NCBI GenBank assembly: GCA_009602735.1
Contig: WELA01000485.1
Location: 1 to 64,000 of the forward strand
Length of the DNA stretch: 64,000 nt
Direction of reading: 5' to 3'
From: Mesotaenium endlicherianum
Taxonomy: Eukaryota
Each line of letters starts with the position of its first letter. Position 1 is the stretch's first letter. This document shows, in pieces, positions 1-13,100 of this stretch. The translations under genes and the position numbers were made by a program. The notes beneath the pieces were generated by a model. It was not told the DNA's origin, did not search any database, and was given only the letters and a program-made list of their open reading frames with translations.

Positions 1-444
1 CGTTGGCTGCCTTGTAGAAAATGGCTCAAGCTCTTGAACATAACTTGTTGAACGTAAGTAATTAGAGAAATACATATATATTTATAGATCCAAAGAGTGT
101 ACATGTGCAAAAGGTCAGCCTTACTGACCAAATCCAATCAACGCTTAGCTCAACTATCACTGACTACTCTAGTCCACTACTCACTTATCAAGACTAGGTG
201 GTTCACGCTAGCCTCGACTGACTTACAACCTAGCTTGCTAGTAGTCACTTGTCAAGTCGAACAGACTATCCTAGCAGCTTCCAAGCTGTGATTAATTCTA
301 ACAAACAGAAATTATCTCAACTGCTGAGTATGTTACAGCACCCACCATGGCTGACAATCAGGCTGGTAGCTCTTCTAGAGCTCAAAACGGTATCGAAGCA
401 GTCAGTAGTCGTTCTTGTGGCATATGCCTTTGGGGCATTTGCTC

Positions 445-1122
445 TTACAGAGTGTAGCATGTGCATGTGGTCGATGTGCGGGTAGCACACCATTTGTAGA
501 GGACAGCGAACGCCGTGTTCGGGTTCAAATCGTCAATCAACCAAGGCAAGCTGCCTCCCACGTTGCAGACACAGGTCCAGTACCTATTGTTCTGCACGAT
601 ATCACCGTATGCGTTCCATGCGTCACTGCAAAAAAAAGTCTTTGCCACTTTTGCTGGCATAGGATAGCCATAAATCTTCGGATACTGGCAGGTTTGGGGG
701 GTGTTTTGCAATTGCTGCGTCGAGTATTCCCCTGATGCGTTGAGGCAGGCACCTTCCAATGGGCTGATGATGAAGTCATGGCATGAGGACGGGTCGTAGT
801 TCGCTGGAAGAACTACTTTTACCGTACTGCTGGCACGGTATGGCAACAAGCATAGTTGCACGACACTGTCCGGTAAGTTCTCCATACCAGAATTTGCAGC
901 TGCAGCACATAGACTGTTGCCGGTTTCATTGGCATGAACGGCAAAACACACATTTGCAACACAGTGGAACCCAATTTTATCTGAACACTGCTCTAGAATC
1001 TGAACGCCATAATGAGGCGATACTAGTGCTTGCGTCGCCGACGGTGTCATCACTATCGCCCATAGTAGAAAGCCAAGAGTTTGCAATGCCAACATCGCTG
1101 AAAAGCCTGTCATGGTGAGCAA
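445..1122 (-). CDS. Probable host exon: secreted cysteine-rich protein of unknown family
   Basis: 225-aa ORF with a hydrophobic N-terminus (ALQTLGFLLWAIVM...ATQA), 14 Cys, N-glycosylation sequons NET and NAS, and no TE motifs. The stop codon overlaps a GTAAGA splice-donor-like site, so it may continue in a further exon. Confidence 0.5.
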   Translation of the reverse strand: MLTMTGFSAMLALQTLGFLLWAIVMTPSATQALVSPHYGVQILEQCSDKIGFHCVANVCFAVHANETGNSLCAAAANSGMENLPDSVVQLCLLPYRASSTVKVVLPANYDPSSCHDFIISPLEGACLNASGEYSTQQLQNTPQTCQYPKIYGYPMPAKVAKTFFCSDAWNAYGDIVQNNRYWTCVCNVGGSLPWLIDDLNPNTAFAVLYKWCATRTSTTCTCYTL

Positions 1123-2924
1123 CAGATCCCTTCTTCCCGGTCCTAGCCTCGTTCTGAGAGAGAATAATTAGCAGTGATGGTATCGCGGTCGTGGACGAGA
1201 GCACCCCAGATTTATTCGAAAGTCGTAGCATTTAGAGTGTGATCTCCTTAGCGCATATTTCCTTGCCTAAGACGCTGCCTACGACATCTTTCGTGTCGAC
1301 GCGAAACCACGCAAAACAAACCAACGGTCAACAATCAAGATAGCACAAAACCGAGGCCCCCTATGTTGCCAAGCTGACGAAGCCTACGAGTTTAGGGAGC
1401 TCCTTAGACATTTTAGGGGGTGAAAAACAACCTAGAGGGGACAACACCCTTGCGGCGCTTTCGCATTGCACACAAATCGGATGAAACTACACGAAATCAG
1501 AAAGCACGAAAATTACGGGATCGACGATTTATACTCGTCGTCCTTTGAGAGCTCATGTCGTCACCACATTGCACTTCCATCACCTCGGCATCTTTGTGAA
1601 GCTGGGCGGTCTTTCTCATGTATCTCGTGATTATGGGCGGGCACTCGAAGTCATGCTAACGACAGTCGGGATGGTACATGCAATCTCGTCAAAATACAAG
1701 CGTGATGGCACTGTTGTGTCTCTTGAACCGCACGGCCCATTCCTAAGACGTTGGAGCGTGAAAAGTTTGCACCATGGTGTTTCCTGAAAGCACGCAAATC
1801 AAACCAAAATAACACGACATGTCTGCCGGTGAGGCTACATTCGTGGCTTGCAGCATTTTTCTCACACAAATTAAAAAATGGCTTGTTTTCGAGTGTGTCG
1901 AGTGTGTCGCGCTCTGGCCACTTCTCGCGACTCCACGGAGCGCGGAAGCAGAATATCGCAAAAAAAGCTACGCCTGGCGGCGAGCCAGAATGTTTTTCTG
2001 TCTTCGACCCTTCTTTGCTGGCCTTTTTGACGTCCAATATTTTGGTGTCTTCTAACGATTGCCATGCGGCGTAAGAAGCTACGTCAAAGTCATCTAAAAA
2101 GCTACCGTCGCTACTACTGCCACTGTCATGACAGCCTAGTGAGCAGGATGCTTCTTGATCCATGGCAGACGCCTGCAAAGAAAGAGCAGTGAAGCGAATG
2201 AAATACAAGTAGTGGCCACAGACGGCACGACAAAAGAGGTTGTGAGCGTCAAAGTGCATGGTCTATTACCGGCGAGAAAACCAAAGATGTGTTGGACCAA
2301 TTCATACTTTTGCAACCAACCAGTGCCTCAAGAAGTTGTTTTGCAGTTGCCCGAGGGAGTCGGTGCGTGTCAGTGGTGGTAGATTTGGAGCGCGGCATTT
2401 GGTAGACACGTTGTGCTTTCGTTTTGCGGGTGCGACAAGGTCAAGTTACACACGATTTCTAGGACAAAACAATAGATAAGGATTGCGTCACATGTATGAC
2501 GCTAATTTTGTCCTCAAATCCATGATTTTGCTTTCTTGATTTTTGAACGAGAGCCTAATGGAAAGTCCTGTTAGGGCTGCTGCCGCCTGCTGCCGCGATG
2601 CCTGCGGCAGTCGCATGCAGCTGATTGGCTGTGCTACTTCCGCAAGTCTGATTCTGGTCTGACTCATTCTGACTTGAGATAAACACATCGATTTGCGCCG
2701 CTATACCAGACAGCAAGGAAAGTAGGCAAATAGAGCCATATCCACCAGTATCCAGCTGTAGCCCGGAGCCTGCCGGGGCCTGAGCCAGCCTGAGCCCAGC
2801 ATTTAATATTCACTGCAAAATTCGTTGATACAGCAGATCTAAAAGGGCGTCGGTATCAGTGGGCGCCCGTCATGCATTATACTTTTCCTGGGACCACGAA
2901 CCGGTTGCCACGGACCGAAGCATA

Positions 2925-4333
2925 GAAAGGCAGCACGACAGGAAGACAGCAACAAGTACCAGTAAATATGCAGATTTGAGACATATAGACAGATATGTCT
3001 CAAATCAAGATTTGACATCAAGATTTGAGATGTATTTAAAAATTCACATACTAAAATGCATGCCCGCGCATTCTTGTCGCGACTACTTTCGCGACAACTA
3101 TCCGTTTGACGGTGCCGCACGCGCAGCGCAAGCTACGGCCACCCAGGTACGGAAAGTCAACGTTGACTCACCGACCACTTGACTGATTACGTCGCACTCA
3201 GCGGTTATGTCGGCGTCAAGACCACTGGCAAGGGGTCGTCAATGTGCCCCACACCCAGGGATGGGGGAGGTTTTGACAACATAGACAGCCGTGAGGCTAG
3301 AAGCTGGGGATCGGTGATGAGCCGCCCAGCAGGTACCAAGTCAGGTACTGTGTGACTGGCAGATTAAGCCAGGTCAAGGCCGCAATGCCCAGATAGGTTA
3401 CGGCCGCCCGGTAGGGAATCTTGAGCAAGTGGCATTTGCCTGTACTCGCCGTTCAGGAGTTCTTAGCCATGAGCCAATTAGGCGTGACTGCCAGCTGAGA
3501 AGCTAAGCAGCCATGCGCGACAGTCACGAGGTGTGCATGCATGCTGAGTGACTACAAGTTTGAGTTGGGCATGGCTAGGCAGAAGCAACATGCAGGTAAG
3601 CTTTGTGACTAAGCAAGGCATTCTCGAAAGATGACGCTGTGTGGTGCCTGCAAAAGGCACGAATCTTGCCTGGGACGTGACATTCACTCTCACGCACTTT
3701 TGCCAAGAAGCAGAGGAAGCAGAAGGAAGGAGAAGAAGGGCGCGAAGAAGAAGAAGGAGTTCCCAAGGCCATTGGAGGGCCGAGGCCCCACGCTTCTGCC
3801 GACGCTGAAGATTCTTCTCATGGTATCATAGATAAGTTAGGATTGTAGGAGCTCCCAAGAGGGAATCTCACTGTTGAAAGCAGGAGGACTGCAGAATAGA
3901 ATCTGCTAAGAAATTAGCACAGATTCGGTTGAACGCCACAAGTGTGTGTGAAGCAGCCTTAAAATAGTGAGTTGCGTGTTAGTTTCCAGGTTCTCAGGAT
4001 TCACATTCGCATCTCGAAGAGAGAGAGTAGTATTGACAGATAAAGCTCTCAGTGAAGAACTAAGTGAGCCTACCCTGGCAGTGAAGAGCTGTTAAGGCGC
4101 GGTGTTAAGTGAAGAGTTTGACCCAGGCCAGCACAGACGGGTAATTTCAGAGTTTTGTAAGCTGTGACTTGTGAAAGTTAAGCGAAAGCCTGAAGAGCAA
4201 TTTTCTCTAAACCTGACGTTGTATGTCAAGCTGCTTAGAGTATAATTTCTGCAAACAACAATTTGCTCACCTGTGAACCCAAGAACCTTAAGGCATAAAG
4301 CCTATGTGGAAGTAAGAGACTTCTGTCCTACTT
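2925..4333 (+). repeat. Family A 5' region (LTR-like plus leader), extra copy running into the gap
   Basis: Highly similar to 9211-10517. Contains ...TTCTCA followed by TGGTATCA at 3821 (possible LTR end and PBS). Shares a ~70-bp motif with the sequence after A1's PPT (35553-35622). Left boundary not defined. Confidence 0.7.
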
Positions 4334-5245
4334 NNNNNNNNNNNNNNNNNNNNNNNNNNNNNNNNNNNNNNNNNNNNNNNNNNNNNNNNNNNNNNNNNNN
4401 NNNNNNNNNNNNNNNNNNNNNNNNNNNNNNNNNNNNNNNNNNNNNNNNNNNNNNNNNNNNNNNNNNNNNNNNNNNNNNNNNNNNNNNNNNNNNNNNNNNN
4501 NNNNNNNNNNNNNNNNNNNNNNNNNNNNNNNNNNNNNNNNNNNNNNNNNNNNNNNNNNNNNNNNNNNNNNNNNNNNNNNNNNNNNNNNNNNNNNNNNNNN
4601 NNNNNNNNNNNNNNNNNNNNNNNNNNNNNNNNNNNNNNNNNNNNNNNNNNNNNNNNNNNNNNNNNNNNNNNNNNNNNNNNNNNNNNNNNNNNNNNNNNNN
4701 NNNNNNNNNNNNNNNNNNNNNNNNNNNNNNNNNNNNNNNNNNNNNNNNNNNNNNNNNNNNNNNNNNNNNNNNNNNNNNNNNNNNNNNNNNNNNNNNNNNN
4801 NNNNNNNNNNNNNNNNNNNNNNNNNNNNNNNNNNNNNNNNNNNNNNNNNNNNNNNNNNNNNNNNNNNNNNNNNNNNNNNNNNNNNNNNNNNNNNNNNNNN
4901 NNNNNNNNNNNNNNNNNNNNNNNNNNNNNNNNNNNNNNNNNNNNNNNNNNNNNNNNNNNNNNNNNNNNNNNNNNNNNNNNNNNNNNNNNNNNNNNNNNNN
5001 NNNNNNNNNNNNNNNNNNNNNNNNNNNNNNNNNNNNNNNNNNNNNNNNNNNNNNNNNNNNNNNNNNNNNNNNNNNNNNNNNNNNNNNNNNNNNNNNNNNN
5101 NNNNNNNNNNNNNNNNNNNNNNNNNNNNNNNNNNNNNNNNNNNNNNNNNNNNNNNNNNNNNNNNNNNNNNNNNNNNNNNNNNNNNNNNNNNNNNNNNNNN
5201 NNNNNNNNNNNNNNNNNNNNNNNNNNNNNNNNNNNNNNNNNNNNN
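4334..5245. other. Assembly gap (912 N)
   Basis: Run of N. Confidence 1.
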
Positions 5246-7468
5246 GTCTTGCCTCACCCAATAATTGCGTTCTTGCTTCTTGTATGGGTCCAAGGCTGCT
5301 TCTCCGTTCTTGTAGTAAGAGTCTCTTTCATAGGCGGCTGAAAATCGAGCTTCCAAATCTGTCTTCAGGGATGTCATCACGGCGTTTAATTGCAGTCTTG
5401 AGAGGGGGTCAGCCGGGTTTGTCTTGCCGGGCTGGTACTGAATCGTGATGTTGTATTGTTGCAAGTATCCGCTCCATCTTGCTTGTCTCCTTGAGAGATA
5501 CGGCTGCGTTTGGAGGTGCTTTAACGCCTCGTGGTCCGTGGTGACCAGTACCTTGCGTCCTTCAATGTAGCAGCGCCAAACCTTCAAGGCATGTACAATC
5601 GCCAATGCCTCTCGCTCCGTGGTTGCATAATTTTGCTCGCCAGATTTAGCTTCCTTGACTCGTAGGCAATGGGCTGCAGTCCCTCGCCTTGGTCTTGAAG
5701 CAGGATTGCTCCTATTGCATAGGAAGATGCATCGGTGATGACGTGGAAGGGCCAATCTGGGTTTGGACTTGGGAGTGTGAGCACCGGGGATGTGGTCAAT
5801 CTTCGCTTTAACTCTTGAAATGCCTCTTCCTCTTTCTCGGTCCATGTATATAGCCTGTCCTTCTTGAGTAGATCTGTCAGGGGGGCTGCTATGTGCGAGA
5901 AGCCTTGGATGAATTTTCTGTACCAATTGGCAAATCCCAAGAATGACTGGAGTTCTTTCTTGGTCGTGGGGGTTGGCCATTCCTCCACCACCGTGGTCTT
6001 CTTGGGGTCTATCTTGATGCCATCAGCAGTCACGTGGAGACCTAGGAACTCCACTTCTTGTTTGGCAAACTCACACTTTGACTCCTTCGCAAACAGCTTG
6101 TTTTGCGTCAATACTTCAAGGAACCTCTTTCAAGTGTCTCGCATGCTCTTCAAGGGTCTTGCTATAGATAAGGATGTCATCGATGAATACCACCACAAAT
6201 CTGTCCAACATGGGCTGAAATATGGTGTTCATCATAGTCATGAAAGTTGCTGGCGCGTTGGTGAGTCCAAATGGCAAGACCATGAACTCAAAATGCCCAT
6301 ATCTTGTCCTGAATGCCGTCTTCTCTATGTCCGGTTCTGCGATGCGAATCTGGTGGTAGCCGCTCCGTAAGTCAATCTTCGTGAAGTACTTGGCTCCAAC
6401 CAGCCGGTCCATGAGCTCATCCATGCGCGGCAGCGGGTATCGATTCTTGATGGTGATCTTGTTGAGGGCGCGATAGTCCACACACATCCTCAAGGTACCA
6501 TCTTTCTTCTTGACAAATAGCACCGGGGCTCCAAATGGCGACTTGCTAGGTCGGATGAAGTCATGCTCCAGTAGCTCCTTGATTTGCTTCTTGACTTCGT
6601 CTCGCTCCGTGTATGACATTTTGAACGTAGGCCGAGAGATGGGCTTGCTTCCGGGCTCCAACTCTATCTTGTGGTCTACGAATCTCTTGGGGAGTAAGCC
6701 CTTGGGCAATTTCGGGGAGAACACTTCTTTGTAGTCCTCTAAGACTTCTTGTATCTCCTTGGGAACGGGGCTGCCTTCTTGACTCTCGATGTCTTTCTTG
6801 ATGTCTTTTGGCGTGATCAAGGCCAAAAGAAGCTCGTGTCCCTTCCTCACAAGTCTCTTGAGTTGGAGGGCGGACAATAGTATCTCGTGTGCCGGCTTCT
6901 GGATGTCTTGGGTCTGGATATTCTGGATTGCGCGCAAAATACAGATTCTTGAAGTGATGTCATTCTTGATCTTGATAGTACCGGTCCTCCAATCAACTTG
7001 GGGGTTGTGCTTGGTCAACCAAGGCGTCCCTAGGATGACGTCGTACTTGCCCAATTGCATGGGGGAGAACACTACTCTATCCTTGAAGGACTTGATAGAG
7101 AGTGCCAAGGGGTACGTCTTCTTGGAAGGGGTAGTATAGGAGAATCCATCGGGCATCATAATCTCCTCGTCGTGGTCAAGAGTTCGCATAGTAATACCGT
7201 GCTTGGTGGCAAAATCTGCAGCAATGAAGTTGCCTTGAGCTCCGCTATCCACCAAGATGTGGACCTTCTCTCCTCCAAGGTAACCTCTCAAACTCATTGG
7301 GGCTGGAACGTCGTCTTCAACGGGGGTCTCCACCTCACTTGGCGTGTTGCCTTCTCGTGAAGTGGGTCTTGGGGTGGTAGGCTCCTGGCCTACCGGCGCT
7401 GTCCGTTTTTTGACAACTTTTTGGGGCATGAAAGTGCACGATGGCCCTTTTCCTTGCAATAAAAGCAT
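5246..7468 (-). pseudogene. pol: Element B pol (protease, RT, RNase H), frameshifted
   Basis: [11 protein letters not shown] (protease), [11 protein letters not shown] and [10 protein letters not shown] (RT), ITDASSYAIGAILLQ and NYATTEREALAIV (RNase H), split over ORFs 6116-7468, 5584-6111 and a third frame. Confidence 0.92.
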
Positions 7469-8670
7469 AGTCCAGCCGTCATGAGAGCTTCTTTTTCAGC
7501 CGGGGAGAGTCTTGCTTTCACTCCTTGCTGGTTTCTTGCATCATAAGTGTCATTGGAGGGTCTTCCACTCTTCCGGGCAGCCGCGGGGTCCCTTTTAATA
7601 ACTCCGATTTCCATGGGTGTGGGTCCAGATTCGGATGTGGAAGGGGCTGCGTACACCCGCGTCGTCGGTACCCGTGAAGATGAAGGCACGGAGTGCTTGA
7701 AATCCAAGGTATCCACCTTTTGGGCCACTTCAATGATCTTTGAGAAGTCCGTCAAGTCGCGTAACTCCACTTCCTTTGCCACCTTGGGTTTGAGGCCAAA
7801 GATGTAGCGGTCAATCTTCTCCTCGAGAGACATGTTGGGGATCTCAAGAGTGAGGGCGTGAAATCTGGATGTATACTCTTGAACGGACGTCGTTTGCTTG
7901 AGATGGTGGAGCTTTCCTCGGGCAATCTTCTCCGCATTGATGGGCATGAATTGCTTCTTGAGGGCCTCACGAAAATCTGCCCATCTTGCATATGATGGTG
8001 GGGGCTCTTGGCCGAGCATGGGGTGCGCCATAGCTTGATATATAGCCGCTTGATAGTTACGCCACCATGATGTTGCTGCTCCTCTAAGTAAGGTAACGGC
8101 AAAGGGAACGTAGTCCTCCTCGGGTACTTCAAGGAATGCGAGGTACGTCTCCACTTGGTAGAGCCATAAATTCAGGTTGGCACCTTTCCCGGGGTTGAAA
8201 GTGTCGGGTTTGCCGGGCTTGATGAGTTTCCTTGCTCTCGTTGGCTCTTGTGGAGGCGCTTGAGCCGGGGCTGGATTTTGAGCATTGCTCGCAATAGGGG
8301 CAACCATGGCAGCCATAGCTTCTCTTGACGCTTGCACGGTTGCTTCATAGGTGGCCAAGCCCACTTGGTTGTGGACGGTCATTAGGAAGGCTGCCCACTC
8401 ATTTGCGGGAACTCCTTGTGGTGGGGTCAACTTTGCTATAGCGGCTGCCACGGGATTTGACGGTGCTCCTCCTTGTGGTGCTTCTTGTTGTTGCAGATTT
8501 CCTTGAGTAGGCTCTCCCATCGACGCTGGAGGAGGGTGTGCTCCTCCTTGTGGTGCTTCTTGTTGTTGCAGATTTTCTTGAGTGGGCTCTCCCATCGGCG
8601 CTGGAGGAGGGTGTCTTGGAGAGGAAGGGCTTCCTTCGAAAGCTTGCTGTTGGTCTTGAGGATCGGCCAT
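7390..8670 (-). CDS. gag: Element B Gag (426 aa, intact)
   Basis: Retrotransposon gag core ([20 protein letters not shown]), GPTPMEIG motif, [14 protein letters not shown] zinc knuckle; N-terminal 25-aa tandem duplication. Confidence 0.92.
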   Translation of the reverse strand: MADPQDQQQAFEGSPSSPRHPPPAPMGEPTQENLQQQEAPQGGAHPPPASMGEPTQGNLQQQEAPQGGAPSNPVAAAIAKLTPPQGVPANEWAAFLMTVHNQVGLATYEATVQASREAMAAMVAPIASNAQNPAPAQAPPQEPTRARKLIKPGKPDTFNPGKGANLNLWLYQVETYLAFLEVPEEDYVPFAVTLLRGAATSWWRNYQAAIYQAMAHPMLGQEPPPSYARWADFREALKKQFMPINAEKIARGKLHHLKQTTSVQEYTSRFHALTLEIPNMSLEEKIDRYIFGLKPKVAKEVELRDLTDFSKIIEVAQKVDTLDFKHSVPSSSRVPTTRVYAAPSTSESGPTPMEIGVIKRDPAAARKSGRPSNDTYDARNQQGVKARLSPAEKEALMTAGLCFYCKEKGHRALSCPKKLSKNGQRR

Positions 8671-8694
8671 CTTCTTGTGCTACCAAAGTGCCTA

Positions 8695-8706
8695 GCTCCG
8701 ATACCA
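8695..8706 (-). promoter_or_regulatory. Primer binding site of B (tRNA-iMet type, TGGTATCGGAGC)
   Basis: 1 nt inside the LTR end. Confidence 0.9.
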
Positions 8707-8707
8707 C

Positions 8708-9210
8708 TGTAGTGAAACAGATAGATAAAGTACTTAGTAAAACAGAATACTTTATCTATTCAAGACAAGGATCTTTGAACACAAGTGATAGCTTCTTGAA
8801 AGAGAGATGGCTTCTTGAAAGTTATTGTATTTCTAGATTTTGGCAAGTACAAGAGTGATTCTGGAATGTCTTTCTATGTTCTAGCTCTTGTTTATATACT
8901 TGCTACGTAAGTAATTTCTAGGAAGGTGTATGTTGATGTGTTGGCACCCAACACATCCCAAAACTTGCCACCTCTTTCTAGAATAATGTACACATGTCCT
9001 TTTGACCTAAAAATGGCACATTTGACTTTTGCCACATGGAGTTCTTCTAGGTCTTTCCTCTAACTTCGAAAATGCCTTGGAAGGTTCAAAGGACATGAAC
9101 CAAGTTACTAGAGTACCTATTCACACTTGACTCCACACAATACTACTCCAAATATATTTGAAATCATTAAAATATATGCAAACTAATATATAATATCTCA
9201 AATCACTACA
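8708..9210 (-). repeat. Element B 5' LTR (503 bp)
   Basis: TGTAGTGA...TCACTACA terminal inverted repeat, adjacent PBS. Confidence 0.92.
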
Positions 9211-10627
9211 GAAAGGCAGCACGACAGGAAGACAGCAACAAGTACCAGTAAATATTCAGACAGATATTGTCGCGACTACTATCCGTTTGACGGTGCCGCA
9301 CGCGCAGCGCAAGCTACGGCCACCCAGGTACGGAAAGTCAACGTTGACTCACTGACCACTTGACTGATTTCGTTGCAGTCAGCGGTTATGTCGGCATCAA
9401 GACCACTGGCAAGGGGTCAATGTCAATGTGCCCCACACCCTGGAATGGGGAAGGTTTTGACAGCATAGACAGCCGCGAGGCTAGAAGTTGGGATCAGTGA
9501 TGGGCTACCCAGCAGGTACCAAGTCCGTTACTGTGTGACTGGCAGATTAAGCCAGGTTATGGCCGCAATGCCAAGATAGATTACGGTCGCCCGGTTGGGA
9601 ATCTTGAGCAGGTGGCATTCGCTTGAACACACCGTTCAGGAGTTCTTAGCCATGAGCCAATTAGGCGTGACTGCCAGCTAAGAAGCTAAGCAGCCGCGCG
9701 CGACAATCACGAGGTGTGCATGCATGCTGAGTAACTACAAGTTTAAGTTGGGCATGGCTAGGCAGAAGCAACATGCAGCTAAGCTTTGTGACTAAGCACG
9801 GCAATCTCGAAAGATGACGCTGTGTGGTGCCTGCAAAAGGCACGAATCTTGCCTGGGACGTGACATTCACTCTCACGCACTTTTGCCAAGAAGCAGAGGA
9901 AGCAGAAGGAAGGAGAAGAAGGGCGCGAAGAAGAAGAAGGAGTTCCCAAGGCCATTGGAGGGCCGAGGCCCCACGCTTTTGCCGACGCTGAAGATTCTTC
10001 TCAGTGTATCATAGATAAGGTAGGATTGTAGGAGCTCCCAAGAGGGAATCTCACTGCTAAAAGCAGGAGGACTGCAGAATAGAATCTGCTAGGAAATTAG
10101 CACAGATTCGGCCGAACGCCACAAGTGTGTGTGAAGCAGCCTTAAAATGGTGAGTTGTGCGTTAGTTTCCAGGTTCTCAGAAGTCGCATTCGCATCTCGA
10201 AGAGAGAGATTAGTATTGACAGATAAAGCCCTCAGTGAAGAACTGAGTGAGCCTAGCCTGGCAATGAAGAGCTGTTTAGGCGCGGTTTTAAGTGAAGAGC
10301 TTGACCCAGGCCAGCATAGACGTGTAGTTTCAGAGTTTTGTAAGCTGTGACTTTGTGAAAAGTTAAGCGAAAGCCTGAAGGGCAATTTTCTCTAAACCTG
10401 ACGTTGTATGTCAAGCTGCTTAGAGTGTGATTTCTGCAAACTACAATTTGCTCACCTGTGAACCCAAGAACCTTAAGGCATAAAGCCTATGTGGAAGTAA
10501 GAGACTTCTGTCCTACTTTTGAGAACTTCGTTCTGTGAAAAGAAATTCCCAAGCAAATTGGGGATTGAGGCCTGTGAAGGTCGCCGGTGCTCCACCTGGA
10601 AGGGAACCCGGAGAAATTCAACTGTAC

Positions 10628-12345
10628 ATGCGGTTGAGAAGTGGAAGACTCTACTACCCTGTGGAGCCTGTGGCAGGTTCTGATTCAAGCCAGAGTCCAC
10701 GAGGAAGTGAGACATCTGAGCGCACGGATAACCTGTGGAGTGAGCAACCGTCGGGAGACGAGTCTCGCCCTACTGCCACGAACGGTGAGAATCCGGGTAA
10801 CGAACGAGCCTTTATACCCAATTTGGGTAGAGAGCACGACGTGTGGGGTACAGATAGTGAGTCTTGGTCACCATTTGAAATGACTGGTGATGATAAGGAT
10901 GAAAATCCTAAGTTCAAGCTGTCTACAAAGTGTTTCAGTGGACGAACCGGTGTAAATAGTCTCATTTTCGAAGAGGTTGATGAGATCTGTTGGGCTGATT
11001 TCTTTGAGAAAATCCGAAAGGATTCTTCTTACACTCAGTCAGTCGCTTTTATAAGCTTGGTTCAGTACTTGGACAAGGATGCCTTGTTGCTTTATCGCCA
11101 ATTCCGGAAGGATGAGAACCTTACCCAGGATTGGGCGTTTGACGAGCAAAAGAAGGCGAGGAATTTAAAAATCCAGAAAGAGGCCGCGAAAGCCCGCCTG
11201 TCCGCCTTGTCATCAGGAAGAGCAATACGTGCTGCACCTGTTGAGAGCGTAGACTTAGCTGCACTAACACAAGAATTAACAGATGCCATGAAGCAACTCA
11301 CCGAGGGTCAGCGGCTACTCGAGATGATGATGCTGGGTCTGTCGCAGAATTGCGTCAAGTGTGTGCAGAATTGTCTGAAAAGATTTCTAATGCTCAGGAA
11401 CGAGTAGTGCGCAGGGCTGCACCTTTTACAGGGCAGCATGGTGATAGTACCACCACGGAAGCAAGCCACGCGCAAGCGTTGGCTAGTTGTCGTAGGGATA
11501 TGGAGGCTGGGGATGACCAGTTAGACTCTGAGCACTGTCTGCGTCGTTTCTTTAAGTTGCTTGAAGCAAAATTCCCAGAGGATCGCAGTCTTAAGGTGCA
11601 CCATTATGTGCATTTTTTCCGTCAGAAGAACGAGACAGTGATGGAGGTCAAATCCAGATTGGTAGACCTTGCCAAGAAGGCAGGAATCTATGAGCCTAGG
11701 ATTGTGGCTGACAAATTCTTATTGTGTCTGGGTAAAGACACAGATCGGGAGGTCAGGCCGCACCTATCTGCGAAACGCGGAATCGACTGGAACATCGACG
11801 AGGCTGCCGAAATAGCATGCAATGTCGAGGAAGGTAAAGTCTAGTACAAGGAGGCTTCCAGGACGCTTATGGCTCCTGAGAGAAAGGAGGAATCCTTTCA
11901 GCCTAAGGCCAATAGCTCTAATTTTCAGTTTAAGAAGAAGAGCGGGTCTTTCAATACGTTTGCTAAGCACGGCAACACTGCTGAGACAGCAGAAGGCTGT
12001 TGGAATTGCGGGAAATCGGGACATCAGAAGAAAGATTGTCCGTACCCGGATACTAAGCAATTGTCTGCTAGCAAGGCGCAGGTATGCGCACATTGCAGCA
12101 AAAAGGGACACTCAGAAGACAAGTTTTGGTCTAAGAACCCAAATCTGAAGCCACCATGGGCTAATGTTGTCACGAAAGAGGATGATAAGGGTAAGAAAAG
12201 GGAGAAAGATAACTCAGGTAACCAAAAGAGTAACCAGAAGTATGATGTTATGAGTGCAGAGATTGCAGAGTTGAAAGCTCAATTTGCAAGACTAAGTGTG
12301 CCTAATGTCTATTATGATGCAGATGTGGCCGAAAAGACCGTCTGA
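10628..12345 (+). pseudogene. gag: A1 gag-like region with two zinc knuckles
   Basis: Starts MRLRSGRLY; FRQKNETVMEVKSRL gag-like segment; CWNCGKSGHQKKDC and CAHCSKKGHSEDKF; one frameshift, and in-frame stops at 11842 and 12343. Confidence 0.8.
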
Positions 12346-12375
12346 AAAGGCGAGAAGCTGACGCCTGAGAAGGCC

Positions 12376-13100
12376 GTGGCTACAACGGCTGCGGAGCGCG
12401 CAGATGATGACCGTCTGGGTCCAAGGAATGCTGGGAAGCTTCTTAAGACCTTTCGGATCACTCTGAATGAGAACAAGATTGCGCAGCTACGACAAGCCAA
12501 GCCTGGGCCACGCAAGGCATTTAGATTTTCGCTGGAAAAGCTGAAGGCTCTGGTGGAACACCGGATTCAGCACATTCCTTGTCTTTCACTCGCTGATCTG
12601 CGTCTTACGTATCCTTTCACGGTTGAAGAAGCCGGACGGCAGCTGGACATAGATGAGGAAGGCGCAAACAGCGCTTTGCTGCCTACTAATTTCAGCATTG
12701 TGAGAGTGCAGAACAAGGATAGAGTTTTGACGTTCAACGACTGGGCCGCTCCCAATATCCTATTGGACACAAGCGCACAGCCAGTAATCTTGGGAAAGCG
12801 AGCTGTGAAAGCTCTGGGATTGACGGCAAGGGACCTGAAAGAAAGTCCTTTCCAGTTGAGGACTGCATGTGGGCAAATTTCAAAGTCTTGCAGAATTACC
12901 CGCAAGCCTGTGAAATTCACAATAAACTTGGGGAACCTGAGGAGGCGTCACTGCTCATAGAATGCACGGTGACAGAGGCAGAGAACTATGATGTTCTTTT
13001 GGGGACAGAAGCTCTGATTCCCCTGGGTATGGTCACCGATCTGCGGAAGCAGAGAATGACCTACCAGTCAACAGATCGGCGGCCAACAGGAGAAATTCTT
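12376..13100 (+). pseudogene. A1 aspartic protease
   Basis: ILLDTSAQPVILG (DTG-like) and YDVLLGTEAL, split by a frameshift near 12930. Confidence 0.78.

Larger units (their letters stand above)
5246..9210 (-). mobile_element. Ty3/Gypsy LTR retrotransposon B (5' LTR, PBS, gag, PR-RT-RH; integrase and 3' LTR lost in the gap), inserted in the family A 5' region
   Basis: LTR 8708-9210, PBS 8695-8706, gag with CCHC knuckle, domain order PR-RT-RH. The right flank GAAAG matches family A sequence at 2925. Confidence 0.93.

Noticed and set aside
1545..2479. ORFs of 70-200 aa on both strands
   Set aside because: No recognisable motif; cannot support a gene or TE call
4273..5980. Long ORFs spanning the N run
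   Set aside because: Artefacts of translating N
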